From the NCBI GenBank assembly GCA_002269645.1, contig NIVC01001182.1, forward strand, positions 186,001 to 250,000: DNA of 64,000 nt. Direction: 5' to 3'. A model generated the notes under the pieces. The model worked only from the letters and a program-made list of their open reading frames with translations, did no database searches and was not told where the DNA came from. The translations under genes were made by a program, and so were the position numbers. Shown one piece after another: positions 51,195 to 63,881 of the stretch (within the stretch, counting starts at the first letter, position 1; each line of letters begins with the position of its first letter). The DNA is from Macrostomum lignano (Eukaryota).

Positions 51195-51556
51195 CACAGT
51201 CGGATCCCAGAAGGTGCACAGAGGTCAAAAGCGAGGCGGCAGATCCTAAAACCGGACAACCTCATCATCAGCAGCAGATTCTGTGGTCAGGCAAGAGTCA
51301 ATCAGGCACCAGCAGCCACCTGCAGTATCAACAACAGGCAGTCGTGAAAATCAGACGACAAAGAACTAACTACAGTCGCCTGCAATTGTTGGAACTTGAA
51401 AAAGAATTCCACTTCACCAAATACCTGACTAGAGCCAGAAGAAGGGAGCTGGCAGACAGTCTTCAGGTGACGGAGAGGCACGTGAAGATTTGGTACCAGA
51501 ACCGGCGGATGCGCTGGAAAAAGGAGCAGCGGCAGCAGCAGCAGCAGCAGATATGA
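51195..51556 (+). CDS. ANTP-class (Hox/ParaHox-like) homeobox exon; homeodomain at 51350-51529
   Basis: [60 protein letters not shown]. The frame is open from acceptor CCAG at 51194 (phase 1) to TGA at 51556; AATAAA at ~51704. Confidence 0.9.
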
Positions 51557-51719
51557 TTTATTTGATCGCTAAAGTAGCTCGATGGACAGGACAGAGGAAT
51601 TGTTATTTTAGGTCATAAATTATCTAAATACCATCAGCTGAGCTTCCAGTTTGAAAATCAAACATTTTTTCAAAAAAAAAATATTAAAAATGTGAAATTT
51701 TTGAATAAATTTCACAAGC

Positions 51720-54565
51720 ACCAGTGCCTTAAGCACCAGGGTCTTTAGCACCAGTGCCTTTAGCACCAGGGGCTTTAGCAACCAGGGGCTTTAGCAACCA
51801 GGGGCTTTAGCAACCAGGGGCTTTAGCACCAGAGGCTTTAGCACCAGGGGCTTTAGCACCAGGGGCTTTAGCACCAGGGCTTTAGCACCAGGGCTTTAGC
51901 ACCAGGGGCTTTAGCACCAGTGGCTTTAGCACCAGTGGCTTTAGCACCAGTGGCTTTAGCACCAGGGGCTTTAGCACCAGTGCCTTTAGCACCAGTGCCT
52001 TTAGCACTAGGGGCTGGGCTTTAGCATCAAGGGCTTTAGCACCAGTGCCTTTAACACCAGTGCCTTTAGCACCAGTGCCTTTAGCACCAGGGGCTTTAGC
52101 ATCAAGGGCTTTAGCACCAGTGCCTTTAACACCAGTGCCTTTAGCACCAGTGCCTTTAGCACCAGGGGCTTTAGCATCAAGGGCTTTAGCACCAGGGGCT
52201 TTAGCATCAGGGGCTTTAGCACCAGGGGCTTTAGCACCAGGGGCTTTAGCACCAGTGGCTTTAGCACCAGGGGCTTTAGCACCAGTGGCTTTAGCACCAG
52301 GGGCTTTAGCACCAGGGCTTTAGCATCAGGGGCTTTAGCACCAGAGGCTTTAGCACCAGGGGCTTTAGCACCAGGGGCTTTAGCACCAGGGCCTTTAGCA
52401 CCAGGGGCTTTAGCATCAGTGGCTTTAGCACCAGTGGCTTTAGCACCAGGGGCTTTAGCACCAGTGGCTTTAGCACCAGTGGCTTTAGCACCAGTGGCTT
52501 TAGCACCAGGGGCTTTAGCACCAGTGCCTTTAGCACCAGTGCCTTTAGCACTAGGGGCTGGGCTTTAGCATCAAGGGCTTTAGCACCAGTGCCTTTAACA
52601 CCAGTGCCTTTAGCACCAGTGCCTTTAGCACCAGGGGCTTTAGCATCAAGGGCTTTAGCACCAGTGCCTTTAACACCAGTGCCTTTAGCACCAGTGCCTT
52701 TAGCACCAGGGGCTTTAGCATCAAGGGCTTTAGCACCAGGGGCTTTAGCACCAGGGGCTTTAGCACCAGGGGCTTTAGCACCAGGGGCTTTAGCACCAGG
52801 GGCTTTAGCACCAGTTTAGCACTTTAGCACCAGGGGCTTTAGCACCAGGGCCTTTAGCACCAGGGGCTTTAGCACCAGGGCTTTAGCACCAGGGCTTTAG
52901 CATCAGTGGCTTTAGCACCAGGGCTTTAGCACCATGGGCTTTAGCACCAGGGGCTTTAGCACCAGGGCTTTAGCATCAGGGGCTTTAGCACCAGTGGCTT
53001 TAGCACCAGTGGCTTTAGCACCAGTGGCTTTAGCACCAGTGGCTTTAGCACCAGGGGCTTTAGCACCAGTGCCTTTAGCACCAGTGCCTTTAGCACTAGG
53101 GGCTGGGCTTTAGCATCAAGGGCTTTAGCACCAGTGCCTTTAACACCAGTGCCTTTAGCACCAGTGCCTTTAGCACCAGGGGCTTTAGCATCAAGGGCTT
53201 TAGCACCAGTGCCTTTAACACCAGTGCCTTTAGCACCAGTGCCTTTAGCACCAGGGGCTTTAGCATCAAGGGCTTTAGCACCAGGGGCTTTAGCACCAGG
53301 GGCTTTAGCACCAGGGGCTTTAGCACCAGGGGCTTTAGCACCAGGGCTTTAGCATCAGTGGCTTTAGCACCAGGGGCTTTAGCACCATGGGCTTTAGCAC
53401 CAGGGGCTTTAGCACCAGGGCTTTAGCATCAGGGGCTTTAGCACCAGTGGCTTTAGCACCAGTGGCTTTAGCACCAGTGGCTTTAGCACCAGTGGCTTTA
53501 GCACCAGGGGCTTTAGCACCAGTGCCTTTAGCACCAGTGCCTTTAGCACCAGGGGCTGGGCTTTAGCATCAAGGGCTTTAGCATCAAGGGCTTTAGCACC
53601 AGGGGCTTTAGCATCAAGGGCTTTAGCACCAGTGGCTTTAGCACCAGGGCTTTAGCACCAGGGGCTTTAGCATCAAGGGCTTTAACACCAGTGGCTTTAG
53701 CACCAGGGCTTTATCACCAGTGCCTTTAGCACTAGGGGCTGGGCTTTAGCATCAAGGGCTTTAGCACCAGGGGCTTTAGCATCAAGGGCTTTAGCACCAG
53801 TGGCTTTAGCACCAGGGCTTTAGCACCAGGGGCTTTAGCATCAAGGGCTTTAACACCAGTGGCTTTAGCACCAGGGCTTTAGCACCAGTGCCTTTAGCAC
53901 TAGGGGCTGGGCTTTAGCATCAAGGGCTTTAGCACCAGGGGCTTTAGCATCAAGGGCTTTAACACCAGTGGCTTTAGCACCAGGGCTTTAGCACCAGTGC
54001 CTTTAGCACTAGGGGCTGGGCTTTAGCATCAAGGGCTTTAGCACCAGGGGCTTTAGCATCAAGGGCTTTAGCACCAGTGGCTTTAGCACCAGGGCTTTAG
54101 CACCAGGGGCTTTAGCATCAAGGGCTTTAACACCAGTGGCTTTAGCACCAGGGCTTTAGCACCAGTGCCTTTAACACCAGTGCCTTTAGCACCATTGCCT
54201 TTAACACCAGTGCCTTTAGCACCAGTGCCTTTAGCACCAGGGGCTTTAGCATCAAGGGCTTTAGCACCAGGGGCTTTAGCACCAGGGGCTTTAGCACCAG
54301 GGGCTTTAGCACCAGGGGCTTTAGCATCAGGGGCTTTAGCACCAGTGGCTTTAGCACCAGGGGCTTTAGCACCAGTGGCTTTAGCACCAGGGCTTTAGCA
54401 TCAGTGGCTTTAGCACCAGTGCCTTTAGCACCATGGGCTTTAGCACCAGGGGCTTTAGCACCAGGGCTTTAGCATCAGTTGCTTTAGCACCAGTGCCTTT
54501 AGCACCATGGGCTTTAGCACCAGGGGCTTTAGCACCAGTGCCTTTAGCACCAGGGGCTTTGGCAC
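51720..54565. repeat. 15-bp minisatellite GCTTTAGCACCAGGG with higher-order structure
   Basis: About 190 copies. Source of the LKPLV/ALAPG pseudo-ORFs. Confidence 0.99.
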
Positions 54566-55292
54566 CAAGAGTGTCAGCACTAAACGGCCCCCAGCGCCAG
54601 AACCCTGAGTGAGCGTGTCAGATACGGCCTCTGTCCTCTGAAAACGAACTACACTGTAGTAGCTTACCATAGTACTAATCTGTTTTTTAGTTAGACGCAA
54701 TACAGTTTCGCATGCATAATATTGAATCTGGAAGTTGAGGTGAGGTGAACCATATTGCCCAGCCAGAGCTAAAACTGAAAGCTTAAAATGCCGCCAGGTC
54801 TGACAATGACATGTAATAATTAGTAATCCATGAAGTGTCTAAGAAATTTCCTGCAGTATATAAAAACTCTAACAAAACGCGAATCAACTACTTGCAGTTC
54901 TGATACTAGCAATAAAACTACAGTATATATTACGCAAATTAACTGACCAAATATAATATGTACATCCCGCGCAAGCGTATTCCTGCAAACTAACCATGAG
55001 CTGTAATAACATTGATTTTGCTTTAATGTTAACGTTTTGATTGGCAAATATCAAATTTAAACCACTTGTTACAGAAGGGAATTTTTTATTTAACGAATTA
55101 ATATTTGTTAAACAATGAAATTTACATCTAATAAACTCACTTATACTTGTAATTATTGTTACATTCAATAACTTATAAGTCACATTAAAATTGAACTTGT
55201 ACACAAATAATTATATAAATAAACAAATACAGACATTACGCTCATATTTAAAAATGTCACAATGTCCTTTTGTTCGCGAATCTCAACCCAGC

Positions 55293-58200
55293 TCAGATGG
55301 ACTTCAACAACTGCGCCGCTTCATCTCTTGACTGAAAGAAAAACAAAATTTGAATAAAATGATTTGTTTCAAAAAGATCAAAACAGCAAATTAAAACAAA
55401 CCTGTTTGTCGTCAACCGTGTCGCCCTTATAATTGACAGTTCTCTGCAGATAAGTCCGCGCATTGGTCCTGTCACCTTTGCGCAGGTAGGCTTTGCCGAT
55501 GTACAGCAAACTGCTGCTGTAGAAATTCGGGTCAACTGAAATTGAAAAGTGACTGTTGATTAGGGTCAAATTAAAAACTAATTCTATAGATTTTAGGTCA
55601 CTGAGTCTCAGAAGACAACCTACGCTTCCGGTTAGTATATACAGGAACCTATACTTCCGGTTAGAATATACAGACAACCTACACTTCCGGTTAGTATATA
55701 CAGACAAACTACGCTTCCGGTTAGCATATACAGACAACCTACACTTCCGGTTAGTATATAGACACCCCTCACTTCCGGTAAGTATAGAAAACCTACACTT
55801 CCGGTAAGTATAGAAAACCTACACTTCCGGTTAGTACATACAGACAACCTGCACTTCCGGTTAGCATATACAGACAACCTACACTTCCGGTTAGTATATA
55901 GACACCCCTCACTTCCGGTAAGTATAGAAAACCTACACTTCCGGTTAGTACATACAGACAACCTGCACTTCCGGTTAGTATATACAGACAACCTACACTT
56001 CCGGTTAGTATATACAGACAACCTACACTTCCGGTTAGTATATACAGACAACCTACACTTCCGGTTAGTATATACAGACAACCTACACTTCCGGTTAGTA
56101 TATACAGACAACCTACACTTCCGGTTAGTATATAGACACCCCACTTCCGGTAAGTATAGAAAGCCTACACTTCCGGTAAGTATAGAAAACCTACACTTCC
56201 GGTTAGTATATACAGACAACCTGTTGCGTAGGCTTTGTATTTTATGTTTCGTTGTTAGTTATAGTTGTAGGTCTCATTTTAGTATATCGACGATATGTAC
56301 GTCTCCGGGCCCCGCCCCCCATTATCGCTTAGTGTACATGCAATCTCAGCCCCACCCCAATCTTTTGTGTGTCATTTAGCAGTTAAATATAAAAGGAACG
56401 ATGGCTTGAATTTGTTCGTGAGAGTGCGTTGTGGCAATAGTCAAAAACCTGCCGAGAGTTTGAACAAAAGTTATTTGTCTTTAGAACATAAATCTGGTAG
56501 CAGAGCGTGGTTGTGAAATCGAATGTCATTCGGAGACGAAAAGGCTGCGGATGCAGCAGCGGCAGCAGCAACAGCATCAGCATCTGAGCGAAATCAAGAG
56601 AGATCGGAATCGGAGCAACGAGTGGTGCAACTGAAGGGCAAAAAGGCTGTCGAAAAATGTGCCTTCACTAAGCAGCGAAACAAGCTACTCAAGTACCCCG
56701 ACTCGGACGGCGTGACACTGGAGGGCGCGGAGAGAGATGGTCATCAGAGAGAGTTAGAGGCCGCAAAGTGTCAGAAAGCTGAACTGGAAGAGCGTCAACA
56801 GCGGTTGAGAGAAACATTTGAGGCTAAGCAAAAGGAGTTGGAGTATGAAATGGAGAGGCTAGACAGAGTGGTTGGAGTTCAGCGGCAGCAAGTTCAGTCG
56901 CGAAGTGTACACGAAGCGCGTGAGGAGTCGCAAACTACGGGGGAGGGGTGGCAACCCAAAGAGTGGCCAATCAACAATCCAGGCTGGCGGCCAACCCCAA
57001 TTAGCGAAATGTACACTGCGCGTACTGGCCCGGCTGGAGTTAGCGCAAACGAAAGGCCTAGGCAATTTGAGTCAGAGTGGCGGGCTGGCCTATCATTTGG
57101 CGGAGCAGGGCAGGCGGCGGCAATGTACGCAGAGGATCAGTCAGCTAGGATTGGACAGGACATGTGGCGACAATTGCAGCGTGTGTCTATTCCTGTGTTC
57201 TCAGGAGACAAGCGGCAGTATGAGGGGTGGAAGGCTGCCTTCTATGCATGTGTGGATGAGTCGCCGGCTTCAGACGCGAACAAGTTGTTGCAGCTGCGTC
57301 AATCCCTGCAAGGGGAGGCACTTAAGCTTATTGTGAATTTAGGGTTCTCGGCTTTCGCCTACCGGTCTGCACTAGTGCCACTAGAGCGTTTAGAGCGAGA
57401 GTACGGTGGAGAGAGACGCAGATTAACGTTAGCTCTGGAAGACTTGGACAATTTTCGGCCGATTCAGACGGAGAGTGCAGCGCAGTTAAAAAAGTTGGCA
57501 GACCTGTTGGATGTGACCGTGAATAATTTGAAGGCGGCTGGGCGTGACGTTGAGCTAAGTAGCAATGGCCTGTTACATTTGCGCGTTCAGCGGAAGCTGC
57601 CCGCAGACACCTTGGCGCGCTATCACCGGTGGGTGGGCGAGAACTCTAAAGTAGATTCGCTGAGTGTGCTCCATCAGTGGTTGTTACAGGAGGCTGAATA
57701 TCGGACGATTGCGTGGGAGGCGACGCGAGGAGTGGTACCGGTGAGCGATGGCGGTCGGGAAGCTGGAAGAAGTGGTCAGGGTCTCGTGAACCACAGCGAA
57801 CACTGTTCATTCACAACGACGCCGCTGAAAGTCGCAGTGTCGAACCAACAGACAACCGTAGGTTATGTCGTCTCTGTGGAGAGCAGCATGGAGTGTGGGC
57901 GTGCCCTAGGTTTGCGCGTATGGATGTTGAAGCTCGATGGGCAGCGGTACGCGAGTGGAAGCTGTGCTTTGGGTGCTTGGGAAGCAACCACATGAGTTTG
58001 TCGTGCAGACGATTGCGAAGCTGCGGCATCGACGGGTGCAAGGCCAGGCATCACCGGCTGCTCCACCAAGCGCAAAAGAGTGAGTCGATGGCACGCCACG
58101 AAGGGGGGATGCAGAAGGTCCTCAAGGCGCCAAGTTCAGGCGAGAGGCCGAAGGAGACGATGAACAAGCAGCGAGAAGCCTGTACTTTGCTAGTTAGGGA

Positions 58201-61200
58201 GACCGCTGCGGTTGCGCTGCGAACCGTCCCGGTGATCTTGTCCAATGGAGACCGACAGGTGCAAGTCAACGCGCTTCTGGATGATGCGAGCACAAGAACA
58301 TATTTGAACTCGGACGTGGCGGCCGAACTTGGGCTGGAAGAGAAGTTTGAGCAGATGAACGTTAAAGTACTCAACGGACAGGTAAATACCTTCCAGACAG
58401 CGCCGGTTGAAGTGGACTTGAAGAGTCTTGATGGAGCGTTTCGAGCTAGGGTTTTGGCGTACACCACGGAGAAAGTGACGGGTGATATGAAGGCCGTGGA
58501 TTGGAGTCAGCTAGCGTCGCAGTGGCATCATTTGCGTGGCATTCCGTTCAGCAGAGTTGAAGGCAATCAGACGGTTGACATGCTCATCGGCATCGATCAC
58601 GTTGATCTACACTTCGCCTGCCGTGAGGTCGGGGGTCAACCTGGAGAGCCGACAGCGCGACTGACGCCGATCGGTTGGACGTGTGTGGGACCGATAAGGG
58701 ACGACGGACCGGAAGCTGGACGACAGAGGACTTTCCTATCGATTGCGGATGGAGACTTGGATGGCGTTTTAAAGCGTTTCTGGGAGGTGGATGAGGTCCC
58801 CGACGGTGGAGCGATGGTCACGTTGTCGATGGGAGAGCAAGAGACCGTTCAATTGACGAAGAGTTCAATGAGGATGGAGGCCGGTCGTTACCCGGTGGCG
58901 ATCCCATGGAAGATGGATCCGACAACGTTGCCAGACAACAAGGATATGGCGCGGCAGCGGCTCGTTAATACGGAGCAACGGCTTAAGAAGAACCCGGAGC
59001 TGGCGCAGGCGTATCAGCGAGTGTTTGATGGACAGCTGGAGAAGGGCTACATTCAAGAAGTCGACGGAGCCGCCGGTCAGGGAAGTTGGTACCTGCCACA
59101 TTTTGCAGTAGTGAGAGCGGACAAGGAGACAACAAAGACTCGCATAGTCTTTGACGCGTCTGCTCGCTGTGGCGGTCTCAGCCTTAACGATGCCATCCAC
59201 ACCGGACCGAAGCTGCAAAAAAATCTCGTCAGCGTGCTGCTAAGATTTCGCAAGCATCCGGTCGCGCTAGTTTGTGATATTGAGGAAATGTATCTTCGAA
59301 TTCGGTTGGCTCCAGATGATCGCCGCTTCTTTCGGTTCTTGTGGCGCGGAATGCAAAAGGAATGTGAGCCAAAAGTATACGAGTTCTGCAGCGTGGTCTT
59401 TGGCGTCAACTGCTCCCCGTTCCTGGCTCAACTAGTGGCACAAGAGAATGCAAGGCAACATCAGGATCAACTGCCTTTGGCGGCAACGACGGTTTTGAGG
59501 TCCACCTACATGGACGACAGTCTCGACTCCATGGAGACAGTTGAGAAAGCAAAGCAGTTGTATGAGCAGCTGATGGAGCTGTGGAAGAGAGCCGGTATGC
59601 GAGCTCGGAAGTGGCTTTCGAACTCTGAGGAAGTCCTGCAATCGATTCCAGTTGAAGACAGGGCAGAACGCGCTGAGCTACTACTGCAGGGTGAATCACC
59701 AACCGCGAAGGCACTTGGCGTAAGCTGGAACGCACGGATGGATACGCTTTTAGTCAGTATCGATGACGGCAACAGCAAAGGCTTGATTACTACAAAGCGG
59801 CAGATGTTGCGATGCATCGCGGGGGTGTTTGACCCTTGCGGTTTCGTGGCTCCAGTTGTGACGCAAGGGAAGATTCTGTTGCAGAAGGTGTGGCGCTTAG
59901 GTGTTGGCTGGGACGAAGCGTTGGATCCGGACTTAGTGACAGAAGCAACTGAGTGGTCTAGAAAGCTGTCGGCGGCCAGTGAAATCTCGGTGCCACGCTG
60001 TCTAAGTGACCAAATGCATGATGTAGAGCTACACACATTCGTTGACGCATCGCAGGACGCGTATGGAGCTGTAATTTACCTAAGGAGTGCAGTCAATTCG
60101 GAAGCATCAACCGTGCGGCTCGTAGGAGCAAAGTCTCGAGTAGCCCCTCTGCAGACGGTCAGCGTTCCAAGACTCGAGCTGATGGCAGCGGTGTTGGGCG
60201 TAAAGCTGGCCAAAGTGGTTTCTGAGGCGTTGGAAGTGGAACGGAGCAAGATGGTATTGTGGAGTGACAGCCAAAACGTATTGTGGTGGATCAGAAAGCA
60301 AAGCCGAGTGCTCAAGCCGTTTGTCGCCAACCGAGTCGCGTTCATTCAGGAGGAATTCCGAATTAATCAATGGCGCTACGTGCCCACGAAGCTGAACCCA
60401 GCCGATGTGCTGTCGCGAGGCTGCAACGCGGAGGAGCTGAGCCGCAATGAGCTGTGGATGCACGGACCAGAGTTTCTGATGCGAAGTGAGCAGGTGTGGC
60501 CAGAGAGAACACTTCCAGCAGAGCCAGCGAAGCCAGAGACGAAATCGACGTGTAGGAACATAAGAACAGTGGACGTTGCATCGGAGGAGAGGTTGTTCTT
60601 GACGTCAGCCGAGCTAGAGACGTCGGACTGGAGACTGGACCCGGCGCGGTTCTCGAGTTTTCGGAGACTGCAGCGTATTACGGCCTGGGTGTTGCGCTTC
60701 ATTAGAAACTGCCAGCGGACGCAGGTGCTCAGGGTTGATGGGGAGTTGACCGGAGAGGAACTGAATGACGCCGAAGAGCAGCTCGTGCGATTGGCGCAAA
60801 ATGAAGGTTTCCGGATGGTTAAGGATCGAGACAAACAGTTGTCGTGCCTGAAACCCGTGATGGACGCTGCGGGATTGATGCGAGTAGACGGGAGGCTAAA
60901 GTTCAGCCAGCAGATGTCATACGATGCTAGGCACCCCATCATCTTGCCTCGAAGACACTGGATTACGAAGCTGGTGATCAAGCAGCATCACGAGGAGCAG
61001 CTGCATGGCGGAACCAACCAGACGCTAGCCGCGATCTCGGCCCGGTATTGGATCGTCAGCGCTCGAGAGGCCATTCGCGAGTGGGAACAGGAATGCGCAG
61101 TCTGCAGGAGGAGCAAAGCTAAGCCGATAGACCAGTTGATGGCGCCATTACCCGAAGTACGTCTCGAAGGGTCGTTGAAGGCCTTCACCAACACAGCCGT

Positions 61201-63881
61201 AGACATGGGCGGGCCGTTTCTGACTGTCCAAGGACGAGGCAGGGCGAGACAGAAGCGATACATCGCATTGTTTACGTGTCTGGAGACGCGCGCCGTACAC
61301 CTGGAGGTGACATTCGGTTTTGATGCAGACTCCTTCCTAAATGCATTTTTTCGAATGGTCGGTCGGCGAGGACTACCGAAGCAGATGCATTCAGATAATG
61401 GAGGCAATTTCGTGAAGGGTGCTGAAGAGCTGCGGAGCTTGGAAGAGTTGAGCAGGTCAAAGGTGCAGCAGGCGGCTTCGAATCACGGAATCAGATGGCA
61501 CTTCCAGCCTCCAGCCGCACCGCACTTTGGAGGAGCGCACGAGATCATGGTGCGAGCTGTTAAGCGAGCGCTGCAAGTTGTGCTCAGCAATGCGGAAGTG
61601 AACGACGGAGTTTCAGTCAGCGGTAGTCGGAGTCGAGGCACTGATCAATTCGCGGCCGATCACATACCAGTCAGCCAATCCTAAGGACGAAGTCCCACTG
61701 ACGCCTAATCACTTCCTGCACGGACAGGCGGGTGGTCAGTTCGCGCCGGACATCTCAGCTGATGTTGCAAAAGACCCACGTCGACGCTGGCGGCGCGTTC
61801 AGGAGTTGGTCCGGCATGTGTGGCGGCGGTGGATGCAGGAGTGGCTGCCAGGCCTCCAGCGCCGAACCAAGTGGACCAAGTCGCAGCAGGACTTGCAAGC
61901 TGGCGACGTGGTGCTGATCGTGCAAACCGACTCTCCGCGAGGTCACTGGCCGCTAGGTCGGATTGTCAACGTCTTCCCCGGCCGGGACGGACGAGTCAGA
62001 GTCGTCAACGTGCAAGTCGGCCAGAAAGTGCTAGTGAGATCGGTAAATAAGCTGTGTCTGCTTGAGAGTCAAGCGGAGCCAGCTGACTGATTTTTGGCCT
62101 TGACGATGTGACACGTTTTTTTTCCGGAGCACAGCAGTTATTTTTGGTCTGCAGTCAGTGTTGCGTGACCTTTTGGTGCTGATAGCGTTTGCGGTCCAGG
62201 AGAGTGTAGCAGCTTGAAATTTTGTTTTCACATTTAGTGTTATTTTGGTGGAGGGTTTTTTTTCGTTTTCCTTTTGGTTTATGCACTTTGTGCTGGCTAT
62301 AGACTGTTAAATTTAAGCGGTTTTGAACGCCTTTGCCCATGTGTTCTTTTTTTTCAATCGTAACACGCGCTTTTTTGGTTTTGTAGTAGCCGTTCAGGTT
62401 TATTGACATTATTTTTTATTGCATCGGAGGGTTCCTCATTCGAATATTTGGTGAATGTGCATTAACGGTTTTTGCTGCGGTGGCGGTGCATCTTCGCGAA
62501 TTTGATTGCTGATTGTGTTCTATCAGGAAGGGGGGAATGTTGCGTAGGCTTTGTATTTTATGTTTCGTTGTTAGTTATAGTTGTAGGTCTCATTTTAGTA
62601 TATCGACGATATGTACGTCTCCGGGCCCCGCCCCCCATTATCGCTTAGTGTACATGCAATCTCAGCCCCACCCCAATCTTTTGTGTGTCATTTAGCAGTT
62701 AAATATAAAAGGAACGATGGCTTGAATTTGTTCGTGAGAGTGCGTTGTGGCAATAGTCAAAAACCTGCCGAGAGTTTGAACAAAAGTTATTTGTCTTTAG
62801 AACACAACCTACACTTCCGGTTAGTATATACAGACAACCTACACTTCCGGTCAGTATATACAGACAACCTGCACTTCCGGTTAGCATATACAGACAACCT
62901 ACACTTCCGGTTAGTATATAGACACCCCTCACTTCCGGTAAGTATAGAAAACCTACACTTCCGGTTAGTACATACAGACAACCTGCACTTCCAGTTAGTA
63001 TATACAGACAACCTACACTTCCGGTTAGTATATAGACACCCCTCACTTCCGGTAAGTATAGAAAGCCTACACTTCCGGTAAGTATAGAAAACCTACACTT
63101 CCGGTTAGTATATACAGACAACCTACACTTCCGGTTAGTATATACAGACAACCTACACTTCCGGTCAGTATATACAGACAACCTGCACTTCCGGTTAGCA
63201 TATACAGACAACCTACACTTCCGGTTAGTATAGCCCACCTTCCTCGGCCCTCAGCAGGTATTTCAACGCCTCATCATAACTGGACGATGGCGGCGTGGCA
63301 AAGAAGGCCGCAGCCAGTTTCCGCTGATACCAGGGCAGGTCGGCCACTTCAAAGCACCAGGCTCCGAGGCAGTGCAATACGACGGCGTCATCTGGCTTGG
63401 CCTCGACAGCCCGCTGAAAGTGATCCCGAACTAAATAGGAATTTTCTATTCGTTTCTTTGTACCCTCGAACCGGCCCGTGAGCTCCAGCAGAATCCCCAT
63501 CCACTTGTGGCAGGCAGAGTTCTGTGGCTCCAGAGCCAGGCCTTGCTTGGCGAATTCGAATGCCTCGTAGGTCAGCGCTTTCCTAGCTGATTCGTCGTGT
63601 GTGGCGTTGGCCATGGCGCGGGCGCCGCGGGCTGCGCGCCAGAACACTTCGGCGCATTGGTAGACAGCAGAGCCAGTGGCGAGGGCGTTGCACAGCTGGC
63701 TGTAAGCCTCAGCTTCGAAACCAGATGTGTGCAGCTTGTCTACATTGGCTAGAAGCTGCTCCAGGCTAGCAGATTCGATTGTAGGCTGGTTTTCTGTGGT
63801 GGGAACAAATTGTGTTTCCCTATAATGAGGTTTATTGTACTGTATAAGCTTAGTTATGGGCATTTCTGTAGTTGCAGTCAT
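55293..63881 (-). CDS. RMDN1: Regulator of microtubule dynamics protein 1-like (RMD1/FAM82B), 3 exons visible, about 271 aa
   Basis: Exons 63881(or acceptor at 63819)-63239, 55535-55402, 55331-55293 with matching phases. Motifs WRAARGA, ACHKWMGIL, KRIENSYLVRDHFQRA, LGAWCFEVADLPWYQRKLAAAFFATPPSSSYDEALKYLLRAEE|VDPNFYSSSLLYIGKAY. The true 5' end may lie beyond the window. Confidence 0.92.
55610..56221. repeat. 30-bp minisatellite ACAACCTACACTTCCGGTTAGTATATACAG, left part
   Basis: Continues at 62805-63232 after the LTR element. Confidence 0.97.
56222..56488 (+). repeat. 5' LTR
   Basis: TGTTGCGTAG...TTTAGAACA; no differences from the 3' LTR found by eye. Confidence 0.95.
56495..56512 (+). promoter_or_regulatory. 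Primer-binding site complementary to the initiator Met tRNA 3' end
   Basis: TGGTAGCAGAGCGTGGTT, 6 nt after the 5' LTR. TGGTAGCAGAG is the complement of the metazoan tRNAi-Met 3' end CTCTGCTACCA. Confidence 0.85.
56523..62090 (+). pseudogene. BEL/Pao gag-pol polyprotein broken into three frames (56523-~57750, ~57750-61607, 61608-62090)
   Basis: Homologous motifs continue across frame switches near 57720-57800 and at 61607 (NDG-EF instead of NDEEF...VEALINSRP...LTPNHFL). Confidence 0.85.
62525..62537 (+). promoter_or_regulatory. Polypurine tract
   Basis: AGGAAGGGGGGAA immediately before the 3' LTR. Confidence 0.9.
62538..62804 (+). repeat. 3' LTR
   Basis: Same 267-bp sequence as 56222-56488. 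Confidence 0.95.
62805..63232. repeat. 30-bp minisatellite, right part
   Basis: Resumes exactly in register after the TSD. Confidence 0.97.

Larger units (their letters stand above)
56222..62804 (+). mobile_element. BEL/Pao LTR retrotransposon with both LTRs, 5-bp TSD CAACC
   Basis: LTRs 56222-56488 and 62538-62804 (TG...CA, 267 bp). TSD at 56217-56221 and 62805-62809. Gag with Zn knuckles, protease (ALLDDAS), RT (YMDD), RNase H (FVDAS), integrase (HHCC, DMGGP, SDNG) in PR-RT-RH-IN order with Pao-type motifs. Confidence 0.97.

Noticed and set aside
57720-57810. Programmed -1 ribosomal frameshift between gag and pol
   Set aside because: No X XXY YYZ slippery heptamer seen, and BEL/Pao elements usually have one ORF; an indel is more likely.
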